Origin: a virus
Taxonomy: Duplodnaviria > Heunggongvirae > Uroviricota > Caudoviricetes
IMG/VR virus record: IMGVR_UViG_3300031952_000006
Length of the DNA: 64,000 nt
Reading direction: 5' to 3' (one strand)
This document shows positions 38,973-45,447 of the stretch, one piece after another. The notes beneath the pieces were generated by a model, which was not told the DNA's origin, did not search any database, and was given only the letters and a program-made list of their open reading frames with translations. Position numbers and translations under genes: made by a program. Every line of letters begins with the position of its first letter. Position 1 is the stretch's first letter.

Positions 38973-39192
38973 AAATATGCTCTATGTAGTTGGAGCAATG
39001 ATACTTGTATTTCTATTTTTTAGTGTGGCTTGCTACATAGTTGATAGAATGAACTGGAATAAGGGGAAATGTCTCTGTGGGGAACCCTGGTATAATTTTG
39101 ACACAGATAGTCAAGGCGGTCGCGGATACTCGTGCAGAAAATGCGGAAAAACTATATGGATAAGCTATCCAGTAGATAAGAGGAAACAATGA
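38950..39192 (+). CDS. small membrane-anchored zinc-ribbon protein (paralogue of 36751..37032)
   Basis: TM helix then WNKGKCLCGEPW...CRKCGKTIW. Confidence 0.45.
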   Translation: MHLNLSNENMLYVVGAMILVFLFFSVACYIVDRMNWNKGKCLCGEPWYNFDTDSQGGRGYSCRKCGKTIWISYPVDKRKQ

Positions 39193-39449
39193 GAAGAGAA
39201 GACTGCATTATTCATTGTATCGGTCCCCATTGTGAAGGATGCTTAACATATAAAAAGGAAGAAACTCCTAAAAAAGAGGTTACCATGAAGTACAAAGAAA
39301 TTTCCTATCGATTAGTTAAAAATCTTGGTAACTACTCAACAGAAACAATTGAATTACTGGCAACAGTTGAGAATGATCAAGACATAGATGAAGTATTCAA
39401 AGAAGTAAAAGCAAAAGTTCAACAGTTGCTTGGGCAAATACCAAAATAA
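39189..39449 (+). CDS. hypothetical Cys-containing protein (86 aa)
   Basis: ORF, ATGA-coupled. Confidence 0.4.
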   Translation: MRREDCIIHCIGPHCEGCLTYKKEETPKKEVTMKYKEISYRLVKNLGNYSTETIELLATVENDQDIDEVFKEVKAKVQQLLGQIPK

Positions 39450-39524
39450 ATTATAGAATTTCTAGAAAAATGATTGACTTTTATTATATTTGTTATTATT
39501 GTTATAACATAACGAGACAATATT

Positions 39525-39685
39525 ATGAAAATGATAACAAGACATGATCTAAATCAAAGCTGCCTGTTCCCCTCAACAAAAGAGGGAAACCCAGCAGTAT
39601 ATTGGGAATTTGACATCTTCCGATGATGGAATACATAGTCTATGGAACCAGAAAAACGGAAGATGTCAAAATCTTCCGTTTTTTT
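39525..39685 (+). promoter_or_regulatory. attenuator-like leader: 33-codon uORF plus mutually exclusive antiterminator/terminator hairpins
   Basis: uORF 39525-39626 ends inside GACATCTTCCG (39612-22). That arm can pair with CGGAAGATGTC (39657-67). The same segment also forms the hairpin CGGAAGAT / ATCTTCCG (39657-64 / 39671-78) followed by T7. Confidence 0.35.
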
Positions 39686-39849
39686 ATGCATGGATGATCA
39701 AAATTTTATAATAGATATTCGTGATAGCATACTAACTCTTATATTTGTAGAAAAGCAAAATAATATAAAAATAAGAGATTTTATAAAAAATGCCCAAGTA
39801 GCTCAAATGGATAGAGCAATAGTTTTGTAAACTATAGGTTGTTAGATCA

Positions 39850-40020
39850 TACCTGACCTTGGGCTAAGAAGAAACAGCTTATTGTGCCTAGGGCACCCTC
39901 CATAAAACGGATGAATGTCTATCCATGCCGGACCGCACTATGAATAGACACCCATGAAACACTCACGTTTGAGGAGACACTGAGGCGATTTGGATTGGTC
40001 ATCCTTCTGCCCAAGAAAAT
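39850..40020 (+). ncRNA. ORF-free GC-elevated segment with long-range pairing; candidate structured RNA
   Basis: CTTGGGC(TA)AGAAG at ~39857-71 pairs with CTTCTGCCCAAG at ~40003-14, enclosing ~130 nt that contain the local hairpin GTGCC-TAG-GGCAC. There is no ORF on either strand in an otherwise gene-dense genome. Confidence 0.25.
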
Positions 40021-40103
40021 ATCAGTTAAGGGTGCTGCTGTTTTCTATTTTTAAAGATGTGTATTACTAAAAAAGATTCTATTTTATACTATCAGGAGTT
40101 CAC

Positions 40104-40454
40104 ATGAAAATTAATATCTGTATATTATTAATACTGGTTACCAGTATTTCTTGTTCATCCTTAGCTAAGCTGACAGTAACACCATCAGGAGCAACTATTG
40201 GTGAGAATCAATCGAAATCTTTTGTAGCCGAAGGTTTTGATAAAAAAGGAAAAAAAGTTAAGATAAATCCGGCATGGTCGGTCGATACTGGAGGAGAGGA
40301 CATAGGAACTTTAACACAGCAATCGAACACAGAAGCTACGTTTAGATCAAAAGACTTTGGGGTTGCTGTAATAACTGTTGAGGAAAAAAAGATAAAGGCA
40401 TCTGCAAAGCTTTTCATTGCAAAAAAGAAAGTACCTCACATGCCCCAGAAGTGA
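40104..40454 (+). CDS. Big_2-like (bacterial Ig-like) lipoprotein (116 aa)
   Basis: Signal peptide with lipobox-like LVTSISCSS, then a single Ig-like domain pattern (KLTVTPSGATIGENQSKSFVAEGFDKKGKKV...WSVDTGG). Confidence 0.5.
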   Translation: MKINICILLILVTSISCSSLAKLTVTPSGATIGENQSKSFVAEGFDKKGKKVKINPAWSVDTGGEDIGTLTQQSNTEATFRSKDFGVAVITVEEKKIKASAKLFIAKKKVPHMPQK

Positions 40455-40567
40455 GTATTTTATATAGGTATGAATTAGCCTTTAAATCGTTTACAGGAAT
40501 TACGCTATCAACTGCCTGGTTTAAATAAAGAGTAGATTTAAAAGATCCGGTGCTGTCGGATCTCTAT

Positions 40568-40645
40568 CGCGGGATAGACCAAATGGCTAGGTCGGGTGGC
40601 TCATAACCACTGTCATTTTTGGAGGTTCAAATCCTTCTCCCGCTA
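40568..40645 (+). tRNA. tRNA, anticodon CAU (Met or Ile2)
   Basis: Acceptor CGCGGGA / TCCCGCT (C1·U72 mismatch). D stem GACC/GGTC. Anticodon stem GGTGG/CCACT with loop CTCATAA. T arm GGAGG-TTCAAAT-CCTTC. Unusually long 9-nt variable loop. Confidence 0.5.
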
Positions 40646-40770
40646 ATAATGAAGTAGCAAGAGCGATAAGGGTTCTGCTACCTAATACTAGTTAAAGCTC
40701 CTTGAGTGTATTTCCTAGGTTTGCCTGGGCGTTAAACTCAAAAACGTAGTACGCTACTTTATTATAAAAC

Positions 40771-40910
40771 GCCGGAGTAGCCCAATGGTTGAGGCACTTT
40801 TATTTTGAAAAAGCTAAAAACTTTACAGTTGGCATTACTCGAATGATTCGTCATTCCATCTATGGTAACTTACAAGCAAACAAATCTGAGTTCGAATCTC
40901 GGCTCCGGCA
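40771..40910 (+). tRNA. tRNA-Lys(UUU)-like gene carrying a 72-nt structured insert at the variable-loop position
   Basis: Perfect 7-bp acceptor GCCGGAG / CTCCGGC. D arm. Anticodon arm CTTTT-ATTTTGA-AAAAG (U33, TTT, G37). T arm CTGAG-TTCGAAT-CTCGG. Insert 40814-40885 contains GAATGA-TTCG-TCATTC. Confidence 0.5.
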
Positions 40911-40935
40911 CTTTTTTAGATCAGTAAGGACTAAT

Positions 40936-41097
40936 GAAATATACGAAAAAGCAGCATCGTTGGACTAAAGAAGAAATAGAAGAACTCGAATCTTTAATTA
41001 TTACAAAAACTAATCCAGAGCTAGCTAACTATTTCGAGGTATTTCAAAAAGTTCGTAAGAGAGAAATAGATAAGATTAAGAAGGAAAAAAAGTAATG
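40936..41097 (+). CDS. Myb/SANT-like small protein (53 aa), paralogue of the N-terminal domain of the HNH gene at 44470
   Basis: KKQHRWTKEEIEELESLIITKTNPELANYF vs KKHHWTAEEIEKLKNLSHTKSNPEIAAYF. Confidence 0.35.
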
Positions 41098-41418
41098 TGG
41101 TATGTCAACCAAGCAGGAGAATCCTTTAAATTCAGGAATGTTCTTACAAAAAGAATATTTCAAACAGCAGCATATAGTAATTTTATAAATATTAACATAT
41201 TAGACAGCGATTCAACTATAATAAATATTAACAAAGAAAGAACTCTTGGAGTACCTATAGAGACACTGGCAACAAAGGAAGATGCAGATTTATTTGTTAT
41301 ATACATAACAATATGCTTTGCTCGAAAACGATCGATTTGCTCTTATGAGGCTTACGAAACATTTAGAAAAGAATATGAACACAAAGTTAATGGAGTAAAA
41401 ATAAAAAAATACGGATAA
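41095..41418 (+). CDS. hypothetical protein (107 aa)
   Basis: ORF. Confidence 0.4.
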   Translation: MWYVNQAGESFKFRNVLTKRIFQTAAYSNFININILDSDSTIININKERTLGVPIETLATKEDADLFVIYITICFARKRSICSYEAYETFRKEYEHKVNGVKIKKYG

Positions 41419-41427
41419 AGGAGAAAA

Positions 41428-41706
41428 ATGAAAAAGCTTGGTATGCATGAAGGTCCTGTACGAAAGGGCGGTATTAGTAACAATAATTCATCCAATAAAC
41501 CAGATATCGCACCAGCGGGCCAGGGTTTAACTATACCAAATGCGATAGCACAAATTGATAAAGATAAACCACTGCAAGTACTAGCACAAATAGATAATGC
41601 TATAGTAGCTCTATATGCAGGCGATAAAGGAAGTTCTATTTCAGCTCTTAAGAAAGCAAAAAATATTCTTAAAAATTTTTGTAACGATGGGGGACATTTT
41701 TGGTAG
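41428..41706 (+). CDS. hypothetical protein (92 aa)
   Basis: AAGGAGAAAAATG SD. Confidence 0.4.
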   Translation: MKKLGMHEGPVRKGGISNNNSSNKPDIAPAGQGLTIPNAIAQIDKDKPLQVLAQIDNAIVALYAGDKGSSISALKKAKNILKNFCNDGGHFW

Positions 41707-41773
41707 CTGTAACTCAGTGGTAGAGTCCTTGACTGTGGATCAAGTTACGTAAGTTCAATTCTCACCAGTTACC
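41702..41773 (+). tRNA. tRNA-His (GUG) with encoded G-1
   Basis: G-1 (41702) opposite C73. Acceptor GTAGCTG / CAGTTAC. D arm ACTC-AGTGGTA-GAGT. Anticodon arm CTTGA-CTGTGGA-TCAAG. Confidence 0.65.
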
Positions 41774-41808
41774 CAGTTTTTTAAAATTAAATGAAAGGAG
41801 ATACATGA

Positions 41809-42000
41809 ATGGATCTTAAAGAACTTAAAACAGACGCAACAAAAAAATTAAAGGAGATTGAGAAGAGTAAAAAAGCGCTTGATGCATTTCTTCTCAAAGT
41901 TGAAGAGATTAGAACTGCTCCAAAAGATAAGAAAGAGAAACTCACTGAAAAACTTGAAGCGTGGCTTGGTAAAGCAGGTATCGCTGAAATACTATCATAA
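41809..42000 (+). CDS. small coiled-coil protein (63 aa)
   Basis: AAGGAGATACATGAATG SD. Confidence 0.35.
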   Translation: MDLKELKTDATKKLKEIEKSKKALDAFLLKVEEIRTAPKDKKEKLTEKLEAWLGKAGIAEILS

Positions 42001-42026
42001 TAAAAATTCGCCATCCTTGTAGAGAG

Positions 42027-42401
42027 ATGGCGAATTATTCTATTTTTGTGGAGAATTTTATGTTAAAATATATGTTGTATGCACAAGCAGGCGAAGGTTG
42101 TGATTATACCATAGCCTGTGGAAAAGAAGTATACATGTTATCTTCTTCGTCCATAGAAGAAGCCAAAAAGGAGACAGAGAAATTCATAAAGGAAAATTTT
42201 AGTTCGGACGAACACAGATTGAAAAAAGCTATTATTTATGAAGTAACCAAAAAAGTGATACTCGATATTGAAAGTATATATAAAGTAATAACTGCTAAAA
42301 TTATAGAAAAGTCTCTGGATGAGATCGTTGAAAAAGAAAGAATGGAGTATGAACGCCTAAAAAGAAAATTTGAAAAACAATACAATACTGGGGCATGTTA
42401 A
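42027..42401 (+). CDS. hypothetical protein (124 aa)
   Basis: ORF. Confidence 0.4.
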   Translation: MANYSIFVENFMLKYMLYAQAGEGCDYTIACGKEVYMLSSSSIEEAKKETEKFIKENFSSDEHRLKKAIIYEVTKKVILDIESIYKVITAKIIEKSLDEIVEKERMEYERLKRKFEKQYNTGAC

Positions 42402-42679
42402 TAATGGCAACACAGGAAAAGATCGATCTCGTGTGTAACAATTTTGCAAAATTTTTAAAAGAAAAGAATAAACGCTATGGAGATTCCGCAATAGCTCCTA
42501 TGCGAATTTTTTCTAAAAGTGAGGCAGGAAATCAGATATGCAATAGGCTTGATGACAAACTTAGCCGCATAAAGAATAGTACTGAATTGAAGAAGAATGA
42601 TTGTTCAGATATTTTGGGATACATGGTTCTTCTTATGATTGAAAAAGATTGGACAGAATTTGATGATTTATTGGATTAG
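42395..42679 (+). CDS. hypothetical protein (94 aa)
   Basis: ORF. Confidence 0.35.
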   Translation: MLIMATQEKIDLVCNNFAKFLKEKNKRYGDSAIAPMRIFSKSEAGNQICNRLDDKLSRIKNSTELKKNDCSDILGYMVLLMIEKDWTEFDDLLD

Positions 42680-42866
42680 TATAGTATGGCAATTAAGTTA
42701 TTATCAGACTGCAGGAAATGTAGTTTTTACAAAGAATTGGCCTATGGCAGCCTAGTTATATGTTCTCAATTGAAAGATATTGGTGCTCTCATAATCTCCC
42801 AACCCAGTCACGATAATCCTGGATTTTCGAATGGAACTATGATTGTTCTTTGCAGGAAGGATTGAT

Positions 42867-43139
42867 ATGCAAAAATGTCCTATTTGTGGAACTTCTCTTA
42901 TTGGAAGGGATTATTATGAAGAAATGCATCTAAGTGAGGCTTACTGGAGATGTTCTCACGATCATTATTGGTATGAATTTTCATACGGAACAACTATTGT
43001 TACTATAGGAACAAAGGTATTATCAGAATATTACAGTGATTCAGATAAGAAAAAAACAGAATTCAGACGTGATTGCGAAAAAGCAGTTTTTCAGTATCAG
43101 CAAAGATATAAATCTGACTTAGTCGCATTACTTGTATGA
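42867..43139 (+). CDS. zinc-ribbon protein
   Basis: MQKCPICG...CSHDH. GGAAGGATTGATATG SD favours ATG 42867. Confidence 0.4.
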   Translation: MQKCPICGTSLIGRDYYEEMHLSEAYWRCSHDHYWYEFSYGTTIVTIGTKVLSEYYSDSDKKKTEFRRDCEKAVFQYQQRYKSDLVALLV

Positions 43140-43149
43140 GAAGTATATA

Positions 43150-43329
43150 TGGAAAAAGATGAACTTAAGGTGATAGGTAATTTAATAGACGTTTCATACT
43201 TTTTACTTAGCGTTCTTACAAACCAACTCAAGGCTCAGCATGGTTCCAATATAACTATAATTGGTTTGGATGAAGCTCATAAAAATATTGATGATGCGCG
43301 AGAATGGTATTTTAAAAAGGATATTTAAA
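43150..43329 (+). CDS. hypothetical protein (59 aa, below ORF-track cutoff)
   Basis: ORF MEKDELKVIGNLIDVSYFLL.... Confidence 0.3.
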
Positions 43330-43527
43330 ATGAATGAATTTGTACAATATATACGAGAAGGAATATTTATGTTTTGCGGATCAGTAGTTGTAGCAGCAGT
43401 GCTGTCAGGATTCTACACGATATTTTTTAAAAAAATACCTATGCTTTTTAAAAAGAATCAAAAATCTCCTATAGAAAAAACGGATATTCAGGATTTGGAT
43501 GGAGATATATATGCAACAGAGGATTAA
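43330..43527 (+). CDS. small membrane protein
   Basis: MNEFVQYIREGIFMFCGSVVVAAVLSGFYTIFF with one TM helix. The ORF-track start 43261 overlaps the upstream ORF. Confidence 0.35.
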   Translation: MNEFVQYIREGIFMFCGSVVVAAVLSGFYTIFFKKIPMLFKKNQKSPIEKTDIQDLDGDIYATED

Positions 43528-43690
43528 TTATTTTATAGCAAACAAAGACGTTCCTATAGGAAATATTGAGTATGTAACAAAAGATATGAATGCTCAATTA
43601 GAAAAATTGAATTTATCCCTTGATAAGATAATTTCTATTATCGAAAGAGATAGTTACTTTATCGTATTTTACAAGGATTACACAGAATGA
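43499..43690 (+). CDS. hypothetical protein (63 aa)
   Basis: ORF. Confidence 0.3.
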   Translation: MEIYMQQRINYFIANKDVPIGNIEYVTKDMNAQLEKLNLSLDKIISIIERDSYFIVFYKDYTE

Positions 43691-43920
43691 TACGAATAAC
43701 TGTAGAGTTAATTCCTTTTGGAATAAAAGGTCTTAAAAGAAATATTGGTGAGATAGTTATTATAAATAGCATTGATCATCCAAAACGTCCCGAATATGGA
43801 AACTATGAAGTTACGATAAAAGATATAGGAAAAGATATTATAAAGGAACTGACGATAACAAACCATAAAAGAAAAGAGGGAGTCTGGGTATTACTTAAAA
43901 AAATTTTAGAGAATATCTGA
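43687..43920 (+). CDS. hypothetical protein (77 aa)
   Basis: ORF, ATGA-coupled. Confidence 0.35.
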   Translation: MIRITVELIPFGIKGLKRNIGEIVIINSIDHPKRPEYGNYEVTIKDIGKDIIKELTITNHKRKEGVWVLLKKILENI

Positions 43921-43986
43921 AAATAATCTTGACAGTTCTGAGACATAGTATATATGACATACATATTAAATAAATTATAATTATTA

Positions 43987-44163
43987 TGGATAATATGAAA
44001 GAACAAGGACAAGATCAAGTTACCTTCTCTATAGGTTGCCCTTCAAAAGATAAAAGAGATTCGCTGCGAAAATTGATACGGAAAATAGCAGCAAATGAGG
44101 ATGTTAAGAATTTTGATATAATCTATAAAGCCATTGCGCTTTATAGTAAACAAATTAAATGAA
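43987..44163 (+). CDS. small hypothetical protein (58 aa), possibly RHH-like
   Basis: ORF downstream of TTGACA (43929-34) + TATATG promoter-like element. QVTFSIGCPSKDKRDSLRKLIRK. Confidence 0.3.
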
Positions 44164-44200
44164 AATTATTCAGTGACACGCCACCTGCGTCATGCTTACA

Positions 44201-44276
44201 AGCAAAATAGCTCAGTTGGTAGAGCAGAAGTCTCATACACTTTAGGTCGTCAGTTCAATTCTGACATTTGCATCCA
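44201..44276 (+). tRNA. tRNA, anticodon CAU (Met or Ile2), CCA encoded
   Basis: D arm GCTC-AGTTGGTA-GAGC. Anticodon arm GAAGT-CTCATAC-ACTTT. T arm GTCAG-TTCAATT-CTGAC. Acceptor pairs at 2-6 only (A1·A72 and A7·A66 mismatches). CCA at 44274-76. Confidence 0.55.
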
Positions 44277-44319
44277 AAATAGCATATGCTACTCGCGTGT
44301 CTTTGAATGGTTTATATAT

Positions 44320-44456
44320 GGGGAAGTAGCTCAGTAGTAGAGCAACTTACGGCAAAATAAGTGTTAAAACTTTTTAATTACTGTTACTCACGCAGTTCGC
44401 TGCGTCACATTCAGTAATTTACAAGCAATGCAGTGGTGCAACTCCACTCTTCCCCA
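44320..44456 (+). ncRNA. non-canonical tRNA-like gene with ~70-nt structured insert (homologous to the insert in 40771..40910)
   Basis: Perfect acceptor GGGGAAG / CTTCCCC. Canonical D arm GCTC-AGTAGTA-GAGC. Stem ACTTA/TAAGT with an 8-nt loop CGGCAAAA (no U33). T stem AGTGG/CCACT with atypical loop TGCAACT. Insert 44363-44430 has AATTACTG...ACGCAG-TTCG-CTGCGT...CAGTAATT. Confidence 0.4.
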
Positions 44457-44469
44457 AAATACATAACAT

Positions 44470-44994
44470 ATGTATAGTATGAAAAAACATCACTGGACAG
44501 CAGAAGAAATAGAAAAGTTAAAAAACCTTTCTCATACAAAATCCAACCCAGAGATAGCTGCATACTTTGGTATTACACCAAAAGCAGCTGAAAGAGCAAT
44601 GGCTAGGTATGGTATAAAAAGAGATAAGAAATTAATAAGTAAAATATTAAGTAATACTGGTAAAAAGAATCATGAGAAATATAATTATTTTGGAGAGAAT
44701 AATCCATTTTGGAAAGGGGGCATAAGCAAAAATAAGTACCATTATAAAAAATTGCAAATGCAGTGATATCCAGAAAGAGTAAAAGCGCGTAGGCTTGTTT
44801 ATATTGAAATAAAAGCAGGTAGATTAAAAAGAGGAAAGTGTGAGATTTGTAAAAAACTAAATGCCGAAGCGCACCATAATGATTACTCAAAACCATTAGA
44901 AATAAGGTGGTTCTGTAAAAAACACCATAGAGAGTATCATAATACTTTATGTATTTTAATTCTTTTCTCTTTCATACTTATTTCAATGAAATAA
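44470..44994 (+). pseudogene. HNH homing endonuclease (Myb-like N-domain + HNH C-domain) interrupted by a single in-frame TGA at 44764-66
   Basis: Same frame before and after the stop: ...KKLQMQ * YPERVKARRLVYIEIKAGRLKRGKCEICKKLNAEAHHNDYSKPLEIRWFCKKHHREYH (HNH motif). Sits inside the tRNA cluster. Confidence 0.5.
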
Positions 44995-45032
44995 TTATCA
45001 AAGAATAAAGGATTCCATCAGAGAATAGTTAC

Positions 45033-45104
45033 AAGCTTATTGTGCAATTGGTAGCACACCAGTTTTTAGGACCGGCAGTGGGAGTTCAAGTCTCTCTAAG
45101 TTTA
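45033..45104 (+). tRNA. tRNA with anticodon UUA (ochre/amber-suppressor-like), embedded in a stem-flanked unit 45010-45135
   Basis: Acceptor AAGCTTA / TAAGTTT. D arm GTGC-AATTGGTA-GCAC. Anticodon stem CCAGT/ACCGG (one A·C mismatch) with loop TTTTAGG (U33, TTA, G37). T arm GGGAG-TTCAAGT-CTCTC. 5' flank GGATTC...GAGAATAG pairs with 3' flank CTATTATC...GAATCC, then T6. Confidence 0.45.
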
Positions 45105-45144
45105 CACATACTATTATCAACTCGAATCCTTTTTTCAGTCATAA

Positions 45145-45447
45145 ATGGAGGTTCTTATGACACGCAGACAAAATGAAATAGCTCCTGTAGTAATCACACC
45201 ACTTAATGTAAGCGACGACATTCGCAACAAAATCTTTGTTACGATTGATGGCCGCGACTGGCAAAAAGATCTGTCAGAGCTTGGTCTCACCTTTGACTCT
45301 TCAGAGCGTGATATAATGTCACGTCTTACTCCGCTAATCCAGGAAGAGTTTAACCAAGACATCAGCGATACGTATAAGATTCGCAAGGCAATCAATAGTC
45401 AAAATATCTATGTTATTCCGAACAGTACTGCAGGAATTGTCCTGTAG
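45145..45447 (+). CDS. hypothetical protein (100 aa)
   Basis: AATGGAGG SD. Lies between the two stem-flanked RNA units. Confidence 0.45.
   Translation: MEVLMTRRQNEIAPVVITPLNVSDDIRNKIFVTIDGRDWQKDLSELGLTFDSSERDIMSRLTPLIQEEFNQDISDTYKIRKAINSQNIYVIPNSTAGIVL

Noticed and set aside
39642-39830. 62-aa + strand ORF listed in the ORF track.
   Set aside because: It begins inside the antiterminator/terminator hairpins and runs straight through the T7 terminator. It is more likely non-coding leader. If real, only the distal part from ATG 39690 would be translated.
44470-44994. Selenocysteine incorporation at the in-frame TGA of the HNH gene.
   Set aside because: No SECIS-like hairpin follows the TGA. 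The only feature resembling a long-arm tRNA is the insert-bearing tRNA-like gene, which lacks Sec identity elements. A pseudogene or plain readthrough is simpler.
45135-45395. Minus-strand 86-aa ORF opposite 45145..45447.
   Set aside because: The + strand ORF has a strong AATGGAGG SD and fits the operon direction. The minus ORF has no RBS.
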